Positions 51,491 to 60,328 of a stretch of 64,000 nt of DNA are shown in pieces. Made by a program: the position numbers and the translations under genes. The stretch spans positions 32,001 through 96,000 of the forward strand of contig OY781964.1 in NCBI GenBank assembly GCA_963677485.1, given 5' to 3'. The notes beneath the pieces were generated by a model. That model worked only from the letters and a program-made list of their open reading frames with translations. It made no database searches and was not told the DNA's origin. Source of the stretch: Armatimonadota bacterium. GTDB lineage: Bacteria; Armatimonadota; HRBIN16. The first letter of the stretch is position 1. Every line of letters starts with the position of its first letter.

Positions 51491-52743
51491 CTACCGTCGG
51501 CTTGGTCGGTCACTACGAGGGTTGTCGTCTCTGGTTTTCTTATCTTTGTCTGTCGCAGCATCGTCCTTCTTCTTGGAGTCGTCGCGGCTTGGACGAGCTT
51601 CCGGAGGACGCTGGGTATCAGGACGCTGCGGCTTTACGTCTGAAGAGTTACGGCCTTGCTGACTGCCAGGACGCAGTTCACGCGGTTCCTTACGGTCAAG
51701 GCTATTACGGTCTGACGAAGGCCTGCTGTCGCTCGGTCGGTCAGGACGTACCGCTGGAGGGTTGTTACCATCGGGACGGCCGGGGCGAACGTCTGGAGGA
51801 CGGTTGCCATCAGGACGGCCGGGGCGAACATCCGGAGGGTTGTTACCATCAGGACGGCCGGGGCGTACGTCTGGAGGGCGGTTGCCATCAGGGCGACCGG
51901 GGCGTACGTCTGGAGGGCGGTCGCCTTCAGGACGGCCGGGGCGAACGTCTGGTGGGCGGTTGCCATCAGGACGGCCGGGGCGAACGTCTGGAGGGCGGTT
52001 GCCATCAGGACGGCCGGGGCGTACGTCTGGAGGGCGGTTGCCTTCAGGACGGCCGGGGCGAACTTCTGGAGGGCGGTTGCCATCGGGACGGCCAGGGCGG
52101 TTGTCTGACGGACGGTAACCATCAGGTCGGTATTGTGGGTGTTCGCGGCGATAATCGCGCTGACCGGATCGGAAGTCAGGACGTCGGCGTAGTTCCAGCG
52201 GATAATCCCGGAACACTGGAATGCTTCGTCGGGTTCTATCGATTCGATATCGCTCATATCGTCCGTAGTCAGGATGATTCCTGCCGATTCGGCCAAGGAT
52301 GATGTCGATATCGATATCCCATCGTATACGGTCACGAGTGTCATGGAAATCGATAAGCACACGCCACTGGTCATCGGGGTCGTCACCCCTCAAGCTGATC
52401 TTCTGCAGCCGGTCGCCCGAAAATACGGCAATACCAGTTCCGCGGTCGCCGGAGTAGATGCCTTCAGTGATGACAATCTGTGCAGTGGTTCTAGTGAGCT
52501 CATCCCACCAGCCGGTCAATACGTCAGGCCTCTGTCTGAATAGACAGTCAGAGTAAACGTGCCATCGTAGTCGAACTCCGCGTCAGCAGATGATATCTCT
52601 TCCGGGCGTTCATAGGACGATACAGTCAACGTGCCATCAACATATTCATCAGTCGAATACTTGGTTGGCACAGCCCAAACGGCATTCGTTGCCGCCATGA
52701 CTAAGAGGGCTGAGCAGAACATGACCAACTTTGAGGTATTCAT
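51491..52743 (-). pseudogene. Secreted paralog of 50184-51383 with Pro/Arg-rich repeat tail, split by a 1 bp frameshift near 52529
   Basis: ORFs 52516-52776 and 51491-52519 join as FTLTVYSDRG[P]DVLTGWWD, matching FTLMVRTDRGREQLAGRWRD in the paralog. Confidence 0.8.
51745..52100. repeat. Coding tandem repeat, 39 bp x ~9 (RPGRPDGNRPPDV)
   Basis: Nine 13-aa units in the translation; no spacers between units. Confidence 0.92.
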
Positions 52744-52779
52744 CTTCTTGAGTCCTTTCTGTGAAAGACTTAACACTAA

Positions 52780-52809
52780 TATGACGAAGGATATGCCGTT
52801 GATGTTACA
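52780..52809 (-). promoter_or_regulatory. ECF-sigma-type promoter TGTAAC-N17-CGTCATA
   Basis: Same motif and spacing as 51400-51429, ~37 bp upstream of ATG 52743. Confidence 0.65.
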
Positions 52810-52870
52810 TCAAAATCAGCCTTGCGATTCTGACAGCAAAGTGGATGGTCAGACCGTATCTAGACTTCAC

Positions 52871-53881
52871 CTACCACTCCACAGGGATTCGTGCTTTCCG
52901 TTTCGAACTCTCGATCACTGCGAATACCATCGCTAGACTTTTGATGTTATCATGGCATTCACCAATGGGCTTTTGACCGGTTTCAAGGTAGGTCAGCATC
53001 TCGTTCAATCCGCCGGCGAACCCGTTATACACCATGGGGCTGGGTGCCGTCTGAAGCGGCTCCAGCTCTACATTGAACCCACCTGTCTGTTTCACAACTT
53101 GGCCATTCGGTGCCTGATCCTTCTCCATGATCATGGTTCCCTTGTCGCCGATAAACTGCCAATCACCATTCCAGCTTGTGCTGCATCCTTCGGCGCACCA
53201 ACTGCCGCGGTAAGTGAACACCACACCGTTGCTCATCTCAAAAATGCAACTTGCCGCCACATCGCCTTTATACCAAGACCCAGCCGGGTTATACTCGTGA
53301 GCATACACCGCCACAGGATCGCAGCCCGTGATGCTGCGCATGAGGTCAAAATGATGGATCGACATATCAAGTATCAATGGGCTGTCCATCTCATCACGAA
53401 ACCCGCCGAAATGAGCACCAATATAGAAGTCACAATTGGCTGCGGTGAGCCTGCCCAGGCTGCCCTGAGCGATCGTCAAGCGGGCCGAGTCATGAATCGG
53501 CACGAAACGGCGGCTCTGGCTGACCATATACAGCTTCCCGCTCTTCTCACTGGCCTGCACCATCTGGCGTGCCTGCTCCAGGCTGGAGGCCATCGGCTTC
53601 TCACCGACCACATTGCATCCCAGCTCCAATGCGGTCGTGGTGACATGGCAGTGGGCATCGGGGATGGTCAGGTCAAGCACAAAATCCGGCTGAAACTTCT
53701 TGATCATTGCCACCATATCGTCGCTGCTCTCGGCATGCAGGCCATATTTACTGATCTGCCCTTCCGCGGCCTCTTTGCGGATATCGACAACAGCTTTGAC
53801 CTCGACATCGTGCTTGGCGATGACTTCGAACCATGGGTTGCTGATTCCACCAGCACCCACCACGATCATTTTGTATTTCAT
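52871..53881 (-). CDS. Gfo/Idh/MocA oxidoreductase
   Basis: VGAGGI, EKPMA, DMSIHHFD. Confidence 0.93.
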   Translation of the reverse strand: MKYKMIVVGAGGISNPWFEVIAKHDVEVKAVVDIRKEAAEGQISKYGLHAESSDDMVAMIKKFQPDFVLDLTIPDAHCHVTTTALELGCNVVGEKPMASSLEQARQMVQASEKSGKLYMVSQSRRFVPIHDSARLTIAQGSLGRLTAANCDFYIGAHFGGFRDEMDSPLILDMSIHHFDLMRSITGCDPVAVYAHEYNPAGSWYKGDVAASCIFEMSNGVVFTYRGSWCAEGCSTSWNGDWQFIGDKGTMIMEKDQAPNGQVVKQTGGFNVELEPLQTAPSPMVYNGFAGGLNEMLTYLETGQKPIGECHDNIKSLAMVFAVIESSKRKARIPVEW

Positions 53882-54001
53882 ACTGCCCACTCCGTTATAT
53901 TATGAATGATAGACTGACAGGCGTATCCACGCTGTGTCGTTTGAAGTGTAACAAGCCAGACCTCGCATTTCAACCCTTCCGAACTGTAAAATACAGATAC
54001 T

Positions 54002-55219
54002 TTGAAGACACTACAGCGAATTTCTATGGATATATGTGTGATAGGCGCAGGGGCTGCCGGCTTGACAGCGGCCATCCACGCCTCACAATGCGGCGGACAG
54101 GTATTGCTGGTAGACCACATGCCCAGGGCCGGCAAGAAAATACTAGCCACAGGCGGCGGCCGGTGCAATATCAGTCACAACACACTGACAACCAGCAGCT
54201 ACAACGCCAGGAGCCGTGAACTGGTAGGGTGCTGCCTGGAGCAGTACGATGCGGATGCCGTCATTTCGTTCCTCCGATCGCTAGGACTCTTCCTCCGCGA
54301 AGAAGAAGGACGCCTCTACCCTGTGACCAACCAGGCGTCGACGGTGCTCACCGCTTTAGAGATGGCATGTGATGCAGAGTATGTCGACAGAGCGTTTAAC
54401 ACGACCATCACGAAAGTCAAGAAAACACAGGATGGCTTTATGCTGACGTCACCCGAGTCAGAGATATGCTGCCAGCAATTAGTGATCGCCACGGGCGGAC
54501 GGACCTATCCAGCACTTGGCTCGGATGGCAGCGGCTATGCACTAGCGGAATCGCTTGGGCACAGCCTGATTACCCCCATCCCCACGTGTGTCCCGTTGAT
54601 GTGCCGGCACCCCCTGCTGCACCCATGCCAGGGACTGAAACTGCAGGCCGATGTCACTGTCATGCATGGAGACACCGCAGTACAGAGCAGCTCTGGCGAT
54701 CTATTGTTTACGAAATACGGGCTGAGCGGCACCGCCATACTGGATGCGTCCGACACAGTGTGTGAAGCGCTGCACCGCAACCATCAAACCGGGGTATGGG
54801 TTGAGGTGGATTTTGCACCATTTATCACTGAAGATGAATTGCAGCATGAGTTAAGCCGTCGCGCGAAGTGGCCTGAGGCTGCTGAGCTGGAAGTAAACGG
54901 CATTATCCCCACTCGGCTGGCTGCGGCATTGGCAGCACTCCCCAACCGTCCAGGATGGATTGAAGCCATCAAACACAGCAGGTTCTGCATCACCGATACC
55001 CGTGGCTGGAATGAGGCAGAGTTCACCAATGGCGGTGTCCGCTGCAGCGAGGTAGACCGCAATCTGGCATCACGCTGCTGTGATGGTCTGTATCTTGCTG
55101 GTGAAGTGCTGGATGTCCATGGTGAACGAGGCGGATTCAACCTGGCCTGGGCCTGGATCAGCGGGTTGATAGCGGGAGAATCATGCGCAAAATCTGGTAA
55201 GAATACTGGTATAATGTAG
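54002..55219 (+). CDS. HI0933/YhiN-family flavoprotein
   Basis: IGAGAAG, GKKILATGGGRCN, ATGG..YP..GSDG.GY, FTKYGLSG, GEVLDV.G..GGFNL. Confidence 0.93.
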   Translation: MKTLQRISMDICVIGAGAAGLTAAIHASQCGGQVLLVDHMPRAGKKILATGGGRCNISHNTLTTSSYNARSRELVGCCLEQYDADAVISFLRSLGLFLREEEGRLYPVTNQASTVLTALEMACDAEYVDRAFNTTITKVKKTQDGFMLTSPESEICCQQLVIATGGRTYPALGSDGSGYALAESLGHSLITPIPTCVPLMCRHPLLHPCQGLKLQADVTVMHGDTAVQSSSGDLLFTKYGLSGTAILDASDTVCEALHRNHQTGVWVEVDFAPFITEDELQHELSRRAKWPEAAELEVNGIIPTRLAAALAALPNRPGWIEAIKHSRFCITDTRGWNEAEFTNGGVRCSEVDRNLASRCCDGLYLAGEVLDVHGERGGFNLAWAWISGLIAGESCAKSGKNTGIM

Positions 55220-55287
55220 ACAGATATTCACTCTTTCTGGGTAAAATAGTATCGTTGGAATATCCTTATCATTGTGGAGAGTTCACT

Positions 55288-55755
55288 ATGGCATTCGATC
55301 CTGAGAAGCACCTGATCAAGATCCAAGGCAACCGATCGTATCTACCTGTCAGTGCTAGACTGGTGTGGTTCCGTGAACAACACCCCAACTGGCGCATCGA
55401 AACCCAACTCCAACAGCTAGACGTCGAGTCCGGCCTTGCGATATTCCGCGCCAGTGTGATTGACGACGCCGACCGTGTGATCGCAACCGGCACCAAGATG
55501 GAGACCCGTGTGGGATTCCCTGACTATGTGGAAAAAGCCGAAACGGGAGCCATCGGCCGTGCGCTGGCCGTGGCCGGATTTGGCACACAGTTTGCGCCTG
55601 AACTTGGTGATGAAGCGGTGAGAACCGGTGAGGGCGGCGCCACCTGCGAAGAGTGTGGAGTACCCATGACCGATGCGCAGATCAAACTCAGTCAAGGCAA
55701 ACTCAACCGCACCATCTGCGGCAACTGCCAAAAACGCCTGCCTGCCGCTAAATAA
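55288..55755 (+). CDS. Rad52/Sak-like single-strand annealing protein candidate with C-terminal Zn finger
   Basis: YLPVSARLVWFR...EKAETGAIGRALA..GFG core; CEEC...CGNC tail; GGAG RBS. Confidence 0.55.
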   Translation: MAFDPEKHLIKIQGNRSYLPVSARLVWFREQHPNWRIETQLQQLDVESGLAIFRASVIDDADRVIATGTKMETRVGFPDYVEKAETGAIGRALAVAGFGTQFAPELGDEAVRTGEGGATCEECGVPMTDAQIKLSQGKLNRTICGNCQKRLPAAK

Positions 55756-55785
55756 GGCACTCACCAGAAACAATACATGATGCGA

Positions 55786-55827
55786 GGTCTCATCGATGTA
55801 TCACCAAGCGATCACATCGATGGGACC
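55786..55827 (+). terminator. Hairpin after the SSAP-like gene
   Basis: GGTCTCATCGATGT...ACATCGATGGGACC. Confidence 0.55.
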
Positions 55828-55883
55828 ATCCGATCTACCCCATTGATATGCCGTCGATACACACAATCAAGCGAGGAGCCGCT

Positions 55884-58800
55884 ATGTCTCTCAAACGCAT
55901 GAGCCGTCACTTTGCAGTCATTATTCCCTCTATCATACTTTCAAGCCTATCTATTGTAGCCATGGCGCAGTTCGATCTTACTCCGGTTCCACCATTGAAC
56001 CTGGGTGGGTCTGAGCAGAATGCGGTTCGAAAGGATGCCCTCGCTACGCCGTCCATGCCCGTGAAGTCATGGCTCAAAACACCCGATGGACTTAAGCTTC
56101 AACTGGACGGAGGCGTATTAGGGCTGCAAGTATACTCACCCAAAATCGTGCGTGTGCAATTTGCGGGCGGCACCCAACTTCCTGATCATAAAAGTCTGGC
56201 TGTACTTCCCAACATCAGTAACCGATCGTCCAAGTGGAAGGTGACCGAAGACAAGCACAGTGTCACACTCTCGACGAGTGATATCCGGGCTATAGTCAAC
56301 CGCTTGACAGGAGCTGTCAGCTTCACCGACAGCAAAGGCCGAACCATCCTTCAAGAAAGCCCAAACGGGGGTAAACTATGCAGACCTGGTGAGAACGCAA
56401 CCATACTGCAAAAGTTCCTCACCCCGGAAAACGAGATATTATACGGGCTTGGTGAGCACTTCAGTGCGCCTCTCATGAACTGGAAGCAGACCACATTCAG
56501 ACTGCAGCAGCGCAACACGGTTGATGTCAGCCCAGTACTCACGAGTAACAAGGGCTACTCAATTCTATGGGACAACTACTCTACCACTGACTTCATCGGT
56601 AACGGCGTAATGCAGAAAATTCCGGACGCCCAGTTTGTCAAACCAGATGGCAAGACACAGGGAATTCAGGCAGAGTATTTTCTGGGTGATCAGGTCTCAG
56701 GCTCCCCTATCGCTTCCGAAACAGTCAAGAACATCAACTATGAGTATGCTTCCCAAAAGCCATTACACCCAATGTTGAAAGGTCGAGCGTTCGGGGCGGT
56801 TTGGAGCGCCAAAATACGCACGATCAATGAAGGCTGGTATACCTTCTACATAGATGCTGACCAACGCGTGCGGATGTGGCTTGACGGATACGACATGAAG
56901 CATATGATCATTGAGGACTGGATCAACTACGGTCCCACTTTGGACAGCGCGCGCGTCTATCTGAAGGGCAACCGTCTATATGACTTCAAGATGGAAATCA
57001 CGGGAGACAACGCGCCGATGGTTCAGCTCTACTGGACACCGCCCGCCAAGCATCCTGGGGAGGTCGCCTGGTACTCGCGTTCCGGCAACTGCATCGACTA
57101 CTATTTCATCTATGGTCCAACCATCGACCAGCAGATATCCGGCTATCGTCATATCACAGGTGCTGTGCCCTTGCTGCCAAAAGCCTGTTACGGTTTGTGG
57201 CATAGCCAGGCGAGTGGTGCGCGCATTCCCCTGCAGCAGCACGAACTGCTGGACGTGTTGAATGGCTACCGCAAGCGAGGTTACCCGCTGGATGTGATTG
57301 TGCAGGATTTCCACTGGTGGAGTGCACAGGGAGCCCATACTTTTAACCCGGTGACGCATCCTGACCCGAAAGCGATGTTCGATGAAATTCATCGAAAAAA
57401 CGCCAAGCTGCTCATCTCCATATGGCCCAACTTCCCGGACGCCAGTGCCAACAAAGACGAGTTGATGGCAAAAGGGCTAATGCTGCCTGGTACCGACTGG
57501 TATGACTCATGGAAGCCCGAAGCACGGAAAACCTACTGGGAGCAGGTGAGGCGTGCCTTGTATAACCCAAGTGGTTTGAAAGCCGATGGATTCTGGCTGG
57601 ATTCGTCAGAAGGTCTGGTTGGGGGAAATCCGAAGGAGTTGGATATATCCTACAGTATCGGGCTGTCACAGTCGATCTACGAAGGTATGCGGCAGGCCGA
57701 TCCTAACAAGCGCGCTTTTATACTGTCACGCTCGCCCATGAGCGGTCAGCAGCGTTACGCCACGGTAGCCTGGTCGGGTGATATCGGAGTTGATTTCTGG
57801 ACCTTGGGCCACCAGATACCCGCCGGATTGCAACTGATGATGGCAAGATACCCATACTGGACTACAGATACTGGCGGGTTCATGGGCGGGTTCGCACCCA
57901 GATACACTCGCAGAGACCCTAACGATCCGAGCTACCGTGAGCTGTTCGTGCGATGGTATCAATATGGCGCCCTTTGCCCTACATTCCGTGTGCATAGTGC
58001 CGTCAGCAACACCGCCCCCTGGGATTTCGGTCCAGATGCTGAAAAGATCATCGCAAATTATGATCGGCTTCGCTACCGGCTCATGCCCTACATCTATTCG
58101 CAAGCCTGGCGTGTCACCAATGAAGGCTACACAATGATGCGCGGCCTGGCGATGGACTTCCCGAAGGATACGCAAGCACTTGAGATTCCTGATCAATTTA
58201 TGTTTGGTCCCGCATTTCTGGTCAATCCGGTGACGAGTGGCGTTGTTCAGAGCGAGGAGCTGATTCCTGCTGGGCAGTTCACAACATCCGATGGCCAGCC
58301 TGGCCTGCATACAAGCTGGTTCAGTGACCAAAACCTTACCCAGAAAGTTGGCGAGACGACAAGCAGTAATGTCGACTTCCAATGGTCTGGGGCACCTCGA
58401 GCTGATATGCCTGAAGACCACTTCAGCGTCAGTTGGGATGGTAAGCTCAAGGCACCCAAGACGGGCACATACGATATGGTGACTTACTCAGATGATGGAG
58501 TGCGGTTGTGGCTAGATGACAAGCTCATCATTGACGACTGGACAAATGCGCCTACACGCCGTAATGCCGCCAAGTTTGATATGAAAGCCGGGACAAGTCA
58601 CTCGCTGCGTCTAGAGTTCATGGAGAACATCGGCGGAGCTCATCTCAGCCTGAATTGGATTACGCCTAAGGAAGAGACGAAATTGATACCCTCTCGATCA
58701 GTCTACCTTCCAAAAACTACTGGTGGATGGTATGACTTCTGGACGGGCTCACGGTTTCCTGCCGGAAAGCACGTAAATGCCTATGCACCGCTTGATATTA

Positions 58801-59186
58801 TGCCGTTGTACATCAAAGCTGGGTCTATCGTGCCCATGGGACCTTTCCTGCAGTATGCTACCGAAAAGCCTGCGGATCCCATCGAGTTGCGGATCTACGC
58901 CGGAGCCGATGGCCAGACCATACTATATGAAGATGACGGGGAGACCTATAACTACGAGAAAGGACAGCACGCTGTCATTCCAATCCGTTGGAATGACGTG
59001 GACAAACGGCTAACTATTGGTACTCGGCAAGGCACCTACCCATCGATGCTGCAGAAGCGTAGTTTCAAAGTTGTGCTGGTATCTTCAAATCACGGTGCTG
59101 GCCTACAGCCTGAGGTTCATGCAGACCGCAATATCACATACAACGGTAAAGCTGTCTCTATTTCCTTCGGTAAAACACGGCAGTAA
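55884..59186 (+). CDS. Secreted GH31 (alpha-xylosidase-like) enzyme with two PA14 domains
   Basis: YGLGEH, DVIVQDFHWW, GFWLDSSE nucleophile, WSGDI acid/base, WTTDTGGF, YEDDGETY; two PA14-like inserts (DADQRVRMWLDG; SDDGVRLWLDD). Confidence 0.9.
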   Translation: MSLKRMSRHFAVIIPSIILSSLSIVAMAQFDLTPVPPLNLGGSEQNAVRKDALATPSMPVKSWLKTPDGLKLQLDGGVLGLQVYSPKIVRVQFAGGTQLPDHKSLAVLPNISNRSSKWKVTEDKHSVTLSTSDIRAIVNRLTGAVSFTDSKGRTILQESPNGGKLCRPGENATILQKFLTPENEILYGLGEHFSAPLMNWKQTTFRLQQRNTVDVSPVLTSNKGYSILWDNYSTTDFIGNGVMQKIPDAQFVKPDGKTQGIQAEYFLGDQVSGSPIASETVKNINYEYASQKPLHPMLKGRAFGAVWSAKIRTINEGWYTFYIDADQRVRMWLDGYDMKHMIIEDWINYGPTLDSARVYLKGNRLYDFKMEITGDNAPMVQLYWTPPAKHPGEVAWYSRSGNCIDYYFIYGPTIDQQISGYRHITGAVPLLPKACYGLWHSQASGARIPLQQHELLDVLNGYRKRGYPLDVIVQDFHWWSAQGAHTFNPVTHPDPKAMFDEIHRKNAKLLISIWPNFPDASANKDELMAKGLMLPGTDWYDSWKPEARKTYWEQVRRALYNPSGLKADGFWLDSSEGLVGGNPKELDISYSIGLSQSIYEGMRQADPNKRAFILSRSPMSGQQRYATVAWSGDIGVDFWTLGHQIPAGLQLMMARYPYWTTDTGGFMGGFAPRYTRRDPNDPSYRELFVRWYQYGALCPTFRVHSAVSNTAPWDFGPDAEKIIANYDRLRYRLMPYIYSQAWRVTNEGYTMMRGLAMDFPKDTQALEIPDQFMFGPAFLVNPVTSGVVQSEELIPAGQFTTSDGQPGLHTSWFSDQNLTQKVGETTSSNVDFQWSGAPRADMPEDHFSVSWDGKLKAPKTGTYDMVTYSDDGVRLWLDDKLIIDDWTNAPTRRNAAKFDMKAGTSHSLRLEFMENIGGAHLSLNWITPKEETKLIPSRSVYLPKTTGGWYDFWTGSRFPAGKHVNAYAPLDIMPLYIKAGSIVPMGPFLQYATEKPADPIELRIYAGADGQTILYEDDGETYNYEKGQHAVIPIRWNDVDKRLTIGTRQGTYPSMLQKRSFKVVLVSSNHGAGLQPEVHADRNITYNGKAVSISFGKTRQ

Positions 59187-59390
59187 CATTTCATATATAC
59201 CGGTATCATCATGCAATGAGGGCGATGCGAATCTCGCCCTCATTGCGTGAATAACACTGGCACAGCTCGAATTCTCTCCCAAACTAATAATCTAGTATTT
59301 TTGACAGCCTCCCTCGCAACCAGCGGTCAGTACCATATGGTACATATTATGTACTATATCCTACAATACCACAGCATGGGAGGTATTTTC

Positions 59391-59633
59391 ATGGCTTACG
59401 AAGACACTATGCTCAGGCGTACTATCATGCACGAAATGACGAAACATCAACTCGCCACTGACCGTGTCGATATCCACGTCTCTCGTGGTATTGTCTACCT
59501 GTCAGGGATAGTGGTTCAACAAAAAACGACAAATGCCGTTGATGCCAAAAGCGAAGTGGAACGGATAATGAGGATATTCCGGTCGAAACCAGGCGTCAAA
59601 GATATCGTGAACGAGATTCGGTTCCTTCAATGA
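59391..59633 (+). CDS. Small BON-domain protein
   Basis: IHVSRGIVYLSG.V...PGVKDIVNEI; GGAGG RBS before ATG 59391. Confidence 0.75.
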   Translation: MAYEDTMLRRTIMHEMTKHQLATDRVDIHVSRGIVYLSGIVVQQKTTNAVDAKSEVERIMRIFRSKPGVKDIVNEIRFLQ

Positions 59634-59637
59634 AAGC

Positions 59638-59673
59638 GCTGGGGGTTTAGAAGCCTATGACCTAAGCCCCAGC
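59638..59673. terminator. Bidirectional hairpin
   Basis: GCTGGGGGTTTAG...CTAAGCCCCAGC between convergent genes. Confidence 0.6.
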
Positions 59674-59677
59674 AGCA

Positions 59678-60328
59678 TCACATAAAGCGGAGCCAACCAA
59701 ACCGCTTGGGCTGGTGGAACGCGGCTTCCTTGCCAGGCACCATGCTCCAGGCCTGATACTGATCGCCATTGGCCGTTGCCCGCTTGATGCGATACAGATT
59801 GGCGCGCCATGCGTCACCCGCCACAGGCATGTGGGCCATATCTTCAAACAAGTGCAGCGGGATCTTTACGTCGCAGCTCCAGCCGGGAACCGTATCTCCG
59901 TCGATCAGCACATCGTGCCACTCAACACGGTAGACCATCCCCTTCGCATCCCATCCCCGGTAAGCACGGTATGCTCCGCGATCAGGCCACACAATCAGTA
60001 GATCAACCTTGTAACCCAGCGGGTTCCACTCAAACTCCAGGTAGTCTCGCTGGTCGTTGCCGGCATCCACGAACAGCTCCACCACATCCTCATCCCAAAG
60101 GTCCAGTTCATCTTCTTTCATCTGGCAGATGGTGCGGTCATCCTCACAATCGTAACGGATATACAGCCGCTGGGCGTCATAGGCCATGCGCACCTCGGTA
60201 CGCGGCGACACGGTGCCCTCGCCGTTCCAGTTGCCCAGCATGAAGGGCTGGTATTTGGCCCATTCTGGCCAGTCCGTGACATTCTCTGCGGGGTATACAT
60301 ACTCGGTGGGTATCGGAAGGTTGCTCAT
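59678..60328 (-). CDS. CBM9-like (DOMON-like) sugar-binding protein
   Basis: TEVRMAYD...LYI, LWDEDVVELF, YLEFEWNPLG, WRANLYR, FHQPKRFG. Confidence 0.85.
   Translation of the reverse strand: MSNLPIPTEYVYPAENVTDWPEWAKYQPFMLGNWNGEGTVSPRTEVRMAYDAQRLYIRYDCEDDRTICQMKEDELDLWDEDVVELFVDAGNDQRDYLEFEWNPLGYKVDLLIVWPDRGAYRAYRGWDAKGMVYRVEWHDVLIDGDTVPGWSCDVKIPLHLFEDMAHMPVAGDAWRANLYRIKRATANGDQYQAWSMVPGKEAAFHQPKRFGWLRFM

Noticed and set aside
51745-52100. Possible CRISPR array
   Set aside because: Units are contiguous, 39 bp and in frame, with no unique spacers and no cas genes; it is a coding tandem repeat.
51472-52386. Alternative-frame ORFs 51472-52302, 51634-52386 and 51762-52118
   Set aside because: By-products of the stop-free 39 bp repeat; only the RPGRP frame joins a domain homologous to the neighbouring gene.
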